Assembly: GCA_973895155.1 (NCBI GenBank)
Contig: OZ316897.1
Coordinates: 22,295,455 to 22,359,454, forward strand
From: Marsupella aquatica
Lineage: Eukaryota > Plantae > Marchantiophyta
DNA: 64,000 nt
Direction of reading: 5' to 3'
Every line of letters starts with the position of its first letter. Positions within the stretch are counted from its first letter, which is position 1. Under the pieces are notes generated by a model, which was not told the DNA's origin, searched no databases, and saw only the letters and a list, made by a program, of their open reading frames with translations. Both the position numbers and the translations under genes were made by a program. Positions 39,780 through 52,378 of this stretch are shown here, one piece after another.

Positions 39780-41684
39780 ATGCCGACGGAACTGAAGGAG
39801 AAGTACCCCTTTTCGGTGGACTCATGGACGACGCTTGCCAAAAGGAAGCGGCACCATTTCTTGACACACGCCCACAGTGATCACACAGGCGGCATCGAGT
39901 CATTCGTCGACCGATCCATTTATTGCTCAGATGTGACCCGGAGATTGGTGTTGCGGCGATTTCCCAAGCTGTATGCCTCTCGCTTCATTACTTTGGAAAT
40001 TGGCGAGTCCAAGTTGGTTCACGATGATGAAGAGCCCTTCACCGTCACGGCCCTGGATGCCAACCACTGCCCGGGAGCAGTGATGCTTGTCTTTGAAGGA
40101 GACTTCGGCAATGTCCTGCATACGGGGGATTGCCGGCTAACTGAGGATTGTCTGAGAAACGTTCTGGGCAAGTATAGGGTTCAACAAACGCTCTTTGACT
40201 GCGTCTTTTTGGATTGCACATTTGGGAGAGAGCATCTCAAAATGCCTTCCAAGAGCGAGGCATCTCTGCAAGTCCGGCAGTGTATTTCGGATCAACCACA
40301 AGCGCCAATCGTTTACCTGGCGTCCGATATGTTGGGGCTGGAAGAATTGTGGAGTGATTTGGCAGGCCATTTTAACACGAAGATCTATGTGGACAAGCAC
40401 GCTCTTCCGGAGTACTATGCTGATATGAAAATTGTGGTGCCTGAGCTGGTGACTGATGATCCCCAGTCAACTCGGCTCCACATATGTGAAGGGTCTCCTT
40501 ATCTCTACCACCGAGCCAAGATCAAGTTCATGCACGCTTGTACAAAGCAGCTCCCGGAGCCTCTCTTCATTCGTCCTTCGGCCCAGTATTACACGTTTGA
40601 GGAAAGGCTAGAAGGGGCTGGATGTGGGATGATATTGGATGGCGATTGCAGGAGATCGTCTCGACATAGACGTCATCTCCGGGTGCCCAAAGCAGCTGAG
40701 AGAGATGAGCATGGTATCTGGCACGTTTGTTACTCCATCCATTCTTGCCGCTCGGAGCTTGAGAGAGCAATGGAGATCCTATGGCCCAAGGAGGTAATAT
40801 CAACCAGTCCACACTGTCATGCTAGTGAAGTGATGTCCGAAAGAGCCGGTTTGCACCATGTAGACGTTTCCTCAAGGAACGTCAGGGTACTGGAGGTCCA
40901 GCAGCAGAGGGAGCAGGGTGATGCTCCAGAGAACCATAACGTGACATTTAGTTGGGAAGACTTGAATTCACCGACAAATTCAGAAGCCAGGAGAAAAGTC
41001 GGCAGGGAAATCATAAGTTCTCCCAAACATTCTAGAGGCAGGAAGAAGGCCTGCTTGGAGAAGAAGCACGAGAAGGATTACTATGCAGAAGAACTTGCTG
41101 CGGTGGTTCCTCTGTTTGGTAGGGCGAGGCACGATATTCCACCTTCCCCTCCGCTCTCATTTGCTTCCATGGACTCGCCGCAAAACCAATGGTCAGAAGA
41201 TTCTCAGTGCTCTGTGGAATGTCTTCCTAATGATTGTTGCGAAACATACCCTGAGCAACACCAAGAGGCATGTCGACCAGGTAGTTGTGATACATTGCTG
41301 GAAAGTTGTCCTGGGGAACGCCAAGAAGGATGTCCATCAGTTAGTTCTGAAGTCTTGCTGGACTGTTCGAACCTTGGGGTCTTCAAGAATCCTGCAGCTA
41401 TTCCAGATAGAGATGCAACAGGGACTCTGAGCAAACAGAACACACAAAATTCAAAGGAGACTCCGCACATTGAAAGCAAAGACTCCCAGCTCGACAAATT
41501 GGCTGAAAAGGAGAACGTGGGTTTGTCGATGGCAATGTTTGAGAAAACTTTGGCGCCGAGAAGTTTGGATCACATTCGAGGGATGAATGGCTTCAATGAG
41601 TCCACTCGACGACTGTACAGATCTTTCTTGGTACCCATTCCTTCTGACTTGCCCTCTTTGTTGGACCTGTACCGGCCCTCATGA
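39780..41684 (+). CDS. SNM1: DNA cross-link repair metallo-beta-lactamase/beta-CASP nuclease (SNM1B/Apollo-like), 634 aa, single coding exon
   Basis: Uninterrupted ORF, first ATG at 39780. Motifs PFSVDSW, FLTHAHSDH (HxHxDH), DANHCPGAVM, LHTGDCR, FLDCTF, IRPS, YSIHS. Plant-type C-terminus RRLYRSFLVPIPSDLPSL. Confidence 0.93.
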   Translation: MPTELKEKYPFSVDSWTTLAKRKRHHFLTHAHSDHTGGIESFVDRSIYCSDVTRRLVLRRFPKLYASRFITLEIGESKLVHDDEEPFTVTALDANHCPGAVMLVFEGDFGNVLHTGDCRLTEDCLRNVLGKYRVQQTLFDCVFLDCTFGREHLKMPSKSEASLQVRQCISDQPQAPIVYLASDMLGLEELWSDLAGHFNTKIYVDKHALPEYYADMKIVVPELVTDDPQSTRLHICEGSPYLYHRAKIKFMHACTKQLPEPLFIRPSAQYYTFEERLEGAGCGMILDGDCRRSSRHRRHLRVPKAAERDEHGIWHVCYSIHSCRSELERAMEILWPKEVISTSPHCHASEVMSERAGLHHVDVSSRNVRVLEVQQQREQGDAPENHNVTFSWEDLNSPTNSEARRKVGREIISSPKHSRGRKKACLEKKHEKDYYAEELAAVVPLFGRARHDIPPSPPLSFASMDSPQNQWSEDSQCSVECLPNDCCETYPEQHQEACRPGSCDTLLESCPGERQEGCPSVSSEVLLDCSNLGVFKNPAAIPDRDATGTLSKQNTQNSKETPHIESKDSQLDKLAEKENVGLSMAMFEKTLAPRSLDHIRGMNGFNESTRRLYRSFLVPIPSDLPSLLDLYRPS

Positions 41685-43168
41685 ATGCTCGAGCATAGAT
41701 GACCTTAATTCATTCATTCATTCATTCATTCATATGTAGTTGATAGTCCGAGTCTAGCTAGCTAGCACACATGTGTCGCCCATCTTTCGTAGGCTCATTG
41801 CGTTCTGTAGCAGATACTCTTGAAATTTAAATCAAGATATAAACCATGATTGGGACTGGCCCAGAATGAGTTTTGTTGGCTGTGTTCGTCCTGAGGACAA
41901 TGAAAGACCAGTGGAATCCAAATTGATCTGTAAACACAATTACAAATCTAGACCAATTGTCTCATTCCTAGAAATTTGTTCTATTCTACGCACAATAGGT
42001 CAAATGTAACCTTTATCTTCCGGCTTTCTTTATTTTGCTTGGGAGCTGCGAATGTTAGCTTCCAGGCCGAGTTCAAAGGCATTGAAAGAGTTCATCACCT
42101 TGTAAATGAATTTCCTGAAGTATAGCTCTATTCTCATGGTCTTTTAAGAACCACAGCGTCCTCCAGTCTGAAAAAAATAACGAACCCTCCCCACACAAGA
42201 GATGCAAACCGTTGAGGCTCCTTTATGATGACCAGTCGGCAGTGTACAATCTGACGCTCGCAAGGGTAGCTCAGATTTCCCCTGATTGTTGTGTTCCGAA
42301 GTCTCTGCTAAGCACTACAAACGTAAAGAAAGAAATGCACTCCTCAGCTCCCTCAGAGAACAGTTCCTGCGGTATGTTCCTTTGATTGCTGTATTGGCGG
42401 AACTGACAGTGGCAACGTGACCTTCCGGATTTCTTGCACATTCCTGAATATGTCAGAAATTCGGTATCAGTTCACAGATTGATAAACAGACAGATGCGAT
42501 TAGAGGATCTTCCTGTGGAACCAACAAGAACCTCTAAGGGTCCTCGCGCATTTCCCTACATTACCCACTGGATCAACAACTATCACCTCAACAATACATT
42601 TTCATAAGGGTAGGCAGACGATGACTACATCTCACGCGTTGGGTTGGACAAATGTTTTTAAACGACCCTTTGGTCGAGGATTTCAGATGTTGCCTTGTGA
42701 CTAGTCCGAACAGCACTGAAAGTTGAGAATTTTTCACCCACCCTGCGGTGCCTCCAATTGGTTCTCTGATTGTGTCGTAAGAAGCCCACCTGACCCCCTG
42801 CTGTCTCCCAACATCTCATAGAACCCTGTATCAAATTGGTCATTCACAGTGAGGAATTCCTTTAAACGCTTGGCTGCCATGCTCGTTAGAGAGAATCCCT
42901 TGCACCTTCAATCTACCCCGTCGAGGAGTGTCTTCCGTCTGGTTCTGTGTTCCGCAAGAGGGCTCCTTGATCCATGCATTCAAGATCTCATGTACCACCC
43001 TCCTCACATTGGTGGTCAAAATTGGAAGAATTGTGATCAAGCCCACATGCCCGAGTGATATAGAGAATTATGCATGATGCTGAGGTCGGTGGTGCTCACG
43101 TGAGAGATGGACAAAAGAAGGACATCCGTTGTGATGGGTTGGCATTAGCCAAACAGACCTCCAGCCAG

Positions 43169-45781
43169 CTACCGAAGCAATGACTCCGTAGGTACGCCTG
43201 CGGAAACTCCAGAGAACTCCCTCATGGCAGCCATCTGTTCTCTATATAATTGCGCTTCTTCTGAATCATCCTTGACGGAGAGGGCATCAATAGCTTCAGC
43301 AATGTTGATGGGCTGGGGTGATCGAGGCGCGGGAGGTCTCGGAGAAGGAAGAACAGGAGCATCAGCCTCGGACAATTCCATGTTAATCGGCAAGGGTCGA
43401 GTGGGGATTATGGGCAGAGGCAAATCCCCTTCCAAAAACCTTAGAGCTTCGTCCATGGTGGGCCGAAATGCTACCTGCATGTGGGAGCAGAGAATGCCAG
43501 CAAGAACAAACCTCTCCATCACATCTCTCGGCCCCTTATTCCGGATCCTCGCATCCACTACGTCCATCAACTTGCCCTCGTTGACCTTCCTCCATGCCCA
43601 ATCTGTGATCAATGCAGACTCGCCGAGAACGCCCTCAATTGCACTCCTCCCGCTCATCAGCTCCAGCAATACCACTCCGAAGCTATACACATCACTCTTG
43701 TCTGTAAGCTGCCCATAGAGAGCATATTCGGGAGCTACATAGCCCATCGTTCCGGCCACTGCGGTTTCTACCAGAGACTGTCCTTCGATACTGAATTTCG
43801 CCAGCCCGAAATCCGCCACCTTGGCATGCAGATTCTCGTCGAGCAGCAGGTTGGCCGCTTTGATGTCCCTGTGGACGATGGAAGGCCGTGCATCGTTGTG
43901 CAGATACGCAATCCCTTTCGCCATCCCGATGGCAAGCTGTCTTCTAACCGGCCAGTCCAGTAACGGCTTAGGATTCTTCTTTCCGAATAGATAATCCTGC
44001 AGGCTTCCGTTGGCAATGTAGTCATAGACGAGGAGACGCTGGTGCCCGTCTGCTTCCGTGCTTGACACACAGCAGCCTCGCAGGACCACCAGATTGCGAT
44101 GCCGCACGCTGTTAATCATGGTCACCTGGCCAAAACAAATCCATTGTCAAACAGTACAAGGGATTTAGTCTAGAGCTCATATTCAACATATTCAGAAAAT
44201 CCCAACAGTAAAAATGCTATCCCTGTCTAGCAGAACGCAGGTAATCAGGAATGCTCTATCCACTCTCATGTTCTTTCCAGTAACTACGTTGTATGATTGC
44301 AAAAATTGTCTATCACCTTCTCTTGCTTGTACTAGATATGATGTGTAACGGAATGAAAATTCTAAAACCTTTCTACAGACCTCATTGAGAAAGTCTGCGT
44401 CTCCATCCGATGAGCAGTTCTTCATCCGCTTGACCGCCACCTCCAGGCCATCGTCCAGCAAGCCGCGGTACACATCGCCGAATCCCCCCGACCCGATGTA
44501 GTTCTTGGACGAAAAGCCATTCGTGGCGGCCTTGATCTCCTCGAAGGAGTACTCGATCAGACCGGTGTTCGGCCGCATTGCCGGTTTGAGGAGTCGGGTG
44601 TTGCGCTCGATGAACTCCCTCCTTGCCGCCCCCCTCCTCCTCCTCCACCACAGGAAGAAGATGATGAAGACAATCACGCTGGCGACGAACGCTGCCGCTG
44701 CTCCGATGCCGATGTGCAGAGCGAGGTTATTGGAATTTCCCCTCTTAGGTAGATAAGTAGCCACGTCGAGAATGCAAGTCGCTGTGCCTTGGTCATAAGG
44801 GCCTGCCAAGTTGCTGATCCCAGCTGCGTAGAAGAGAGTGTAGACCAAGCAGTCGGAATTGTTTGGCCCGGCCAACGAGAGGCTTTGCAAGATGGAATAC
44901 AAGGCACTAACGCATCCCCGGCAGATCTGGTAGTTTCCAAGGGAGCTTGATGAGCAGGAGTAATTTAACGTCGAATTGATCACCTCCAAACCCACGAGTC
45001 TCTCGAAATCAGCCCGGGTTTCAATTCCCTGGCAATTGGAAGGTTTGCTGATGTACTTGGAATAATTGGACGCAGGGAAGCATGTAGACACGACATTGTT
45101 GCTGAGAGAATTGCCCTCGCTGGACAGCTCAGAGCTGAGACTGGCCACGCAAGCTCCCACCGTGGCTTCGTCCTTGAAACGGAACTCTCCTGAATTTCTC
45201 AAGTACTCCGACTCCGCTTGCCCTATTGCGGATAACAATGCGGTGCAGCAAGCGGAACTGCTATTGCTTGGGTCAGAACCTCGGCAGATTGCATCGTACG
45301 AGGGGAACTCCCGCATGAAATGGAAATCTACTGGGCACGAAGGGTTGCTGGATTGTTGCAACAGAGCTCTTGAATTCTTTGCAACTTTAGAAGACAAAGC
45401 TCCATCTGTTGCCGAGCTTCTATAATTGGGGTCTCGAAGAAAGTTCCCTTGCTGAAAAGCAATCATCCTTGCATCGTCCTGCGGGCCAGATTGCTGACCA
45501 AGCTCCGTCCTTAGCCTCATCCTCCTGTCAATCAAATTCGGGGCCCTGGCAGCCCAGTGTCCTCCGAGCAGAAATTCACTCGGGAACTCCTCTTGTGACC
45601 TCGTGATGGCTGCCTGCAGTCCACGGGTTGAAGGAGAAGAGCTGCGGTCATGAGCACGACCTCCCAGTAATGCATTGACCAGCTGAAGCTCAAGTTCCAG
45701 CGGTTCACAGATCGTAATAGCGCAGACGACTGAATAAACCAAAGCTAGCAGAACCAGCCTTCTTCCAACTCTAGGCTTCAT
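43169..45781 (-). CDS. Receptor-like kinase with Cys-rich SPARK ectodomain (RKF3/At1g11050-like), 785 aa, 2 exons
   Basis: Exons 45781-44381 and 44125-43169 (phase 0; FLNE|VTMINSVRHRNLV). Signal peptide, Cys-rich ectodomain (CPVDF...CC...C...CRGC...C...AAG...GP...C), TM helix then RRRRR, RD kinase (GSGGFG, VAVK, HRDIKAAN, DFG, GTMGYVAPEY), and the family-typical insert RGCCVSSTEADGHQR. Confidence 0.93.
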
Positions 45782-46765
45782 GATGATGATGATGTATGGA
45801 CCACGCACACTTATCAATTACTTCCCCTCACCTTGAGAGCAAAGTCCTTCACAATGTAGGAGTTGACGGGCATGGATGCAATTTGAAAACCTTTGGCCTA
45901 TTCCCCACTGTCTGCCTCGGAAATTGACCTAAGCCCCACTCTCTGCCTCGGGAACAATCCAGCAAGGGAACCAAAGCCTCACTAAATCGAGGCTGCTGGG
46001 TCAATCACTTACTAGATCATTCTGTGTCTTTGTAACGAACTGAAATATATGCACTCTACAGGTCCTGCATCAAAACCATCATTCTCTGTCTCCATCAGCA
46101 GCCGTTATCCATTCGACGAGCCTCCTTCAGCGAGGGTTCAGGGTTCGTTGGGACATTGGATACCGTGGCCAAGTACATTCCGCCACCGTCAATCTTTCTC
46201 CGTCCAAAATTAAAAAACCACACCGGCGATCACAGCTATGTGATGAGAGCAAAATACTATCCTCCGAATTTGCAAGTACCGAAAGTGACTCTTCCGTCAT
46301 AAAGCTTAGTGTACTGTCGTCCTGTCCACCATCGTCATCAAAGCAGAGCTCCCCAGCTCCAACCCAAGGTTACCGTCTAGGGCTGCTACGGCATGCACAC
46401 AAACAAGAGCACTACAAGAACCGGCAATCATTTCACCAACTATGAGCAACATCACCCCCCAATGGAGCCAACCACCATCATGATCTTTAGGGAACTTACT
46501 TTTCCAAAAATCAAAGTACTTTGACAATTAATAACCCGAACCATCCTCCGAAAGTGCAGTACTCTGATGCTGCGGGGATCCTGCCCTGCCTGCTTCTCTG
46601 CCTGCCTGCCCTGCCCTGCCCGCCAGTACGAATCATTCCAACCCACCATGTTTGGCATCATTCTGCAGAAGAGTGCCGCAGCTGAATCCCAATCCATTGA
46701 AGATGTGCACACACCTCGCGCGTTCGTTTGGCCTCATGTGTGACCTGTAGAACGTACAACCCGAC

Positions 46766-47412
46766 AAGCTGACACTCTTCTATTTACATGAAATGGCATA
46801 TCACTGCGTCCTCATATGACTGAATTCACTCACGCCCAAGACCGAATTCATTCATATCCACAGTGTGGCGGATGAAACTCCAATCCCTGTCTTCCCGGAA
46901 TTATCAGCTAAACCAGAGATTTTCTATCCTCTGCATGGAATGCCATAGCACTGCTTTCACATATGCCTCAATTCAGCCACACCCAAGAGTGAAATGAATT
47001 CATAATTAGTGTGGCGCATGAAACTCCAATCCCTATCTTCCGGGAACATCAGCTAAACCAGCGATCCTTAAAAGCTGACATTCTTTCTCACTTCCATATG
47101 AAATGGCGTATCACTGCTTTCGCATATGGCTGATTTCACCCACACCCAAGAGTGAATGAATCCATATCCACCGTATCGTGAGTGGGGCGCATAAAACTCC
47201 AATCCCTGGCTTCCAGGAATATCAGCGATCCTCAAAAGCTGACACACTTTTTTTCTTCTACATGAAACGGCATAGCACTGCTTTCGCTTAATTGTAACAG
47301 AATGCACTCACACCCAAGGACTAATAATGAATTCATATCCACAGTCTCCAGAGTGTGGCGGATACAACTCCACTCCCTGTCTTCCCAGAATATCGGCTAA
47401 ACCAGAGATCCT
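46766..47412. repeat. Tandem repeat, 4 units of ~146-173 bp
   Basis: Anchor AACTCCAATCCCT at ~46876, 47022, 47195 and 47366 (variant); also shared ATGAAATGGCATATCACTGC and ATCAGCTAAACCAG. Confidence 0.85.
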
Positions 47413-47476
47413 TCTGCCGCGCCGTCATCTGCACAGTTCTTCCAGACGAAACCGACAAATGCTGAGGGGCTCGAGT

Positions 47477-48105
47477 AATAAACTCTTTCTTGGTGGGCTC
47501 CTCCCCCTTGAATGAATAAATGAATAATAAACTCTTTCTTGGTGGGCTCCTCCCCCTTGAATGAATAAATGAATGAATGAATGAATGAATGTGAGGAAGG
47601 TGGCAGCCCTGCACCTCCTGCCCCTGAGCAGAAACAATTGATCAGACAGTTCCCACTTCAATCCCTGCAGAGCCAAGTTGTAGTCCGGAAGGCGGAACAG
47701 TCCACAGAGTCTGACAAAGACGAGGACAAGCTACAGTTTTTTGCTGTCCTCCATGTGAATGTCGTGTAGAGTGAGCAGAGCAGCACAGTAGAGCAGCACA
47801 GTAGAGCAGCAGCTGGTGCAGTGCTGCCATACCTCCAATCTTTCTTTCGACAAAAGAAACGCACTACTGCAGACTTGTACCTGAACGGAGAAGATAATGG
47901 GGAGTCTCCAAGCTTAATGGCCTTTTCTGGTGTTACCTTGGTTGGGGCAATGGCTTTTTTCTGGTGTTACCTTGGTTGGAGCAATGGCCTTTTCTGGCGT
48001 TACATTGGTTGGGGAGAAAGTTACATTGGTTGGGGAGAAAATAATAGGGAGTCTCAAAGCTTCATAGTTACAATGGCCTTTTCTGGTGTTGCCTTGGTTT
48101 GGGAG
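47477..48105. repeat. Short repeat cluster
   Basis: 2x ~49 bp TAATAAACTCTTTCTTGGTGGGCTCCTCCCCCTTGAATGAATAAATGAA plus (TGAA)n; AGAGCAGCACAGT repeats; 4x AATGGCCTTTTCTGGTGTTACCTTGGTT-like units. Confidence 0.75.
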
Positions 48106-48249
48106 CCTACTCAAATTAGTATGTCTTATTGATATTTTTCATAGATACTTTTGTTTCAATTTATTTAAGACAAGGTGCATTCTCTCTATTTCTGGACTTT
48201 GAAGTTATTTTACCCCATTTTCTTTTTTGAGGCCCGCACCTTAAGTCAG

Positions 48250-48425
48250 GAAAAGACTTAACAGGGCCCCTCTAAGTTCTAAAAAACTTAACAGGACGCC
48301 TGTGTGACAAAAGACTTAACAGGACCCCCTGTGACTACCTATTTTGCTCAGATCTTGATGGCATTTTACTCACAAGGGTCTGGTTAAGTCCAGGAGATGC
48401 AAGAGGGGTCCTGTTAAGTCCTTGT
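48250..48425. mobile_element. Small MITE-like inverted-repeat element
   Basis: Three direct ACTTAACAGG motifs (~48256-48325) facing inverted copies (TGGTTAAGTC ~48381; AGAGGGGTCCTGTTAAGTC ~48402-48420). Confidence 0.45.
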
Positions 48426-48465
48426 TTGACCTTAAGTCTATATTTCTTTTTCAATCTTGTTCATC

Positions 48466-48580
48466 TTATGTTAGAACATGTTGCTGTTATCTTTACATAC
48501 AAGTTATGTTAGAACATGTTGCTGTTATCTTTACATACAAGTTATGTTAGAACATGTTGCTATTATCTTTACATTCAAGC
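48466..48580. repeat. Minisatellite, 3 x 38 bp
   Basis: TTATGTTAGAACATGTTGCTGTTATCTTTACATACAAG x3. Confidence 0.92.
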
Positions 48581-51500
48581 TATATTAAATTGATTTTTCA
48601 TATCCTATGGATAGCTATACCCTATGGTAACTCTTCCCACCAGTGTGATGGAATCCAAGGGGTCCGAAAAACAAAACACTTCAAATAGAATGCCAACCCC
48701 TCCCTTTAAACCATAATTGCACCTATAGAGAGTTATTGCGTATTGTAGCTGTCGTTATAAAGTGCACAGGTTCAGGAATGGGCTTGAGCTCCACAAAAGG
48801 TAGTGAGACAATGTTCACCACAAGAGGCTTTATAAAGGAATCAGCATTGAGGCACAAATACCAAGTCACCCAAAATTAATCTATTCTTGCTTTAAAGTGT
48901 TTACTAAAAAGGAATGATTTTTAATTCTTCTCACCATAGGAATCGTTTAAGCAAGAAACACTACACTTTTATTTACTTGTAGGTACTCTTATAGAATATG
49001 TTTTTGATCATTTATCTAGAAAGGATAGTTCTATAATAGTATTTTTATTACCATTTGGGGAAGCCATTACTGAAAGTTTGAGCAGCCCTATGGCCATAGC
49101 TCTCAAACGGTTATGTAAATTTTTCATTTTTCACTAGCCTCTAGTGTGACTAATGGCTTTTTTAATTCACTGGGGGATGAGTTACCAAGCATAACCTACC
49201 CTGCAAACAAATATTGGAAAATCTAGGTGTGGACCCTGGGGGGTCACTTCCATGGAAGTGGCATATCACGTGCGACGAAGTATAGGGCCATTTAAATGGT
49301 TTTAGCGGAAGATTTATTAAGTCTTCAATGGGAACATAGGGTTCTTTAATTGCAAAATGCATATGTGTCATCACAGGATTGTCGTACAACTTTATAGAAA
49401 GTGACTTAGGGGGGTCATAAATTACCCAAACCGTTGCACGTGATGTATGACCCTTCATATAGTGACCGCCCCCCCCCCCCCCCCCCCCCCGCGGCGAGGG
49501 TGTGGAAAGAGGCAATAACATACAGATTTAATCAGAGAATTCCCCAACTAGGTTGGCGACTTGCTTATAACTTTCAACAAAAACACAAAAGAAGACTCAC
49601 AAGGAGAGTTTGAAGATGAGTTATGCATGTCTAAGGTCTAGAGTTAAGTCTAAATATTGCAGTTTGTCAAACCACAATCAGGTGCTTGATTACGGTTAGA
49701 TGCACTACTGCTATAGTCAGTAGGACTTAGTCAATGTGTGGAACTTAGGTTCATTATAAGAGAGATAGTTGGGCGATAGGAAGAGCTTTGTCTGTAGAGA
49801 CTCGGTATGGTTGATGGGCTCAGAGTTCAATAAGTTCTCTTGTGTGTCTGTTGGATGTTGCACATGTGCATATGGCCTTTTGAGTAGCCGCCGTTTTACT
49901 CAACAAAAAGGCATAACATTTTTTAGGGTTACTCCTTCTACTTTACTTAGCAATAAAGTGTCAAACAATGGTCAGACCCGCTCAAATCCACAGGCATAGG
50001 TGATCCTGCCTAAGAGAGCATAAGTGATGAAGGACCAAGCTACCCACAATTATGAAAATGAATGGGTCCCACTATGTCAGCCCGAGAGGGAAATTTTTGG
50101 AAACACCAAGCCACATGACTACATTGCCCGTTACATTGCTGAGGTGACTCAAAGAAGGGGACAGGGTCAACTCCAGAGCCAAGTTCCTGAACCAGTGTTT
50201 ATAATCACTATACCCCATGGTAATTTAGAAGGGTAATCTAGCAAGATTAATTTCTAATCTAGAAGCATTGATCAAGACAAATTATCAGATAGTACCATGG
50301 GTTAAAGAATGATATCAGACACAAGGAAGCATATAAAATCTTGGTCCATACTTCGAGAGCGGTCAGAACAAGTCAAGGCGAGACCAGTTCAGACCAGGTT
50401 CTCCAATTTCTCATCCAGCTCTAGTCCCATCCCATTAGTGAATAATACTCATCACCGATGAACGGGTGTTGTTGGGTGGCTTTACAAGACATTGGGGCCC
50501 ACGGCTTCGTTTTTACCCGTCTGAAAAAAAAATTAGACTTATAATGAGTGGAAAGTTCAGACCAGCTTCTCAAATTACTCATCCAGCTCTCACTCCATTA
50601 GTGATTTGCATTTTAGTGAGCTTCGTTTCAAAAAATGGTTTTGGTCTTGAGTCTAGCATTAGAACAAGTGGCACTCTAGTTTGGTTGAAAGAAAATCACA
50701 AGTGCCCCCTACTTTTTGTAACGCCACCCTTAGAAGCGTCCTGTTGAGGTGATGTCAATTGCCTCAAATGAGTTTCACGTTTCAAAGGTTGAGCAATCTG
50801 GACGATGTCGAGAAGATGATTAGATTTCCAATATTGTTACGATTATGGACGTCTTCTCTGTGCTGCTCCTTTTAGCTTCAATCTCTTGTTGTCAGCAACC
50901 ACGTGAGTTCCACTTATGTTTTATCCCTGGTGCCTCATTTGTGTTGGTACGATCGGCAGTCTTGTGAAATGTTTCCAGACTCCACATTCACATATCAAAC
51001 ACTGGTCGAAAACTGGTCATGGGGTTCCCTTTCGCAACATTCTCAGACGACTACACCCATGTCTCTGTAGATTGCTTCCGGCGTTTTGCAACGATAACAT
51101 TCCGATCTCAAATTCTTCCCCGCCAGTTATTACTGAACAGGTCGGGTGCCCTTGTACTCGTCCATCTTCACACAAGTCCGCTGTTGGAACTGCCATTTTC
51201 TTCCTCCATTAGGAAATCCCATTGAATCTGAGATAACGGATCCAGATAAAATATGTTATGTTACTTTCCGTCTATGAATTGCTTTTTGCTGTTTTTCTTT
51301 TCTTGTGTGGAAAACACTAGATGGCCCAGAAAGACAACTTACTTGCTTTAGGGTATTTGCAGTTTCCAACTGATTTGTGCTCAGCGTCAAAGGTCATTTT
51401 GGCATGTTGCTTAATATCCTCGTGTGGGATTGAGTAAACCACTTATGTATCATGCGCCAGAATTCCCAACAACTCGAACGAACTTCCTGTGCGGTCGATG

Positions 51501-52213
51501 CTCAGAGATATTGAGACATTGCGAATTCAGAGTAGAGCACGAGCTTGGACAGGGTGAGGACCGTCGACGATTGAGATACATGGCTTGCTGGAGCGGTGCC
51601 CATATAGTTGTTGTCTGCCCCATGTCCGCTGCTATCTGCGAATCTCGTCAAGAAGTGAGTATTCTAATCAGCTTCTCTAATGCCTCCACTCAGTGATCGG
51701 CAAGCCGTAACCGACGGCACTCCGGTCCAAGATCATGCATAAACGGTGAAGACCATCTTGTCGACCGACTTGGTAAGTGTCTATCAAAATCAGCCTCGCT
51801 GTCTAAACTGGTCCACTGAAGCATTTCATGAATCTCAATATGTGAGAATTTTACGCCAGGCGATTGGTGTCAAGATCTAGAATTCCCTGCCTGTGCTCAT
51901 GGGTGTTCAATTGTACAAAGGGTTCCAGCCTAGAAGCGTCTGCGTCTATGAGATCAACCTTAGTCCCTGTGTTTCATCTCATGTTTACAGTTTCGATCGA
52001 TGTGATTGGAAATGGCGTAATTCAGAAATCATTTGTTCTGTCTTTGGATGATAATTCCATTAAAATGAGACGTATTTGAGACCCTTTCTTCCTGCTATCC
52101 TTGTAATTTGTGACGTTTGACGCCTTCATGAGACCGTTTCTTAATGCTACCCTTATAATTTCTGACGTTCTCCCTATGTAGTTGGGATTTTGAGAATGTT
52201 CATTGCATGTCAG

Positions 52214-52378
52214 TTTGATGGGACTTTCGATGATTTTTTAGAGGGCATGGACTGCAAGAAAGACCAGGAGAAAGCTTGGACTGAGAAGTTCTTCAAAGCC
52301 CTCCTGACGAACATGGCGGAGAGAATCGCAGAGGTGTTGAGCACCAATGAAGAAGACGAATCTGACGATGATTCGGAA
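52214..52378 (+). other. Putative coding exon of an unrecognised gene or pseudogene
   Basis: Bounded by GTCAG| and |GTGAGT, 165 nt, open in phase 0: FDGTFDDFLEGMDCKKDQEKAWTEKFFKALLTNMAERIAEVLSTNEEDESDDDSE. No family recognised. Confidence 0.35.

Noticed and set aside
43224-43963. + strand ORFs of 164 and 160 aa
   Set aside because: Antisense shadows of the RLK kinase exon.
49468-49490. Poly-C run (also ~59403-59426) as a functional G-quadruplex or Gly-rich ORF
   Set aside because: Simple homopolymer in intergenic DNA with no supporting context; length may be unreliable.
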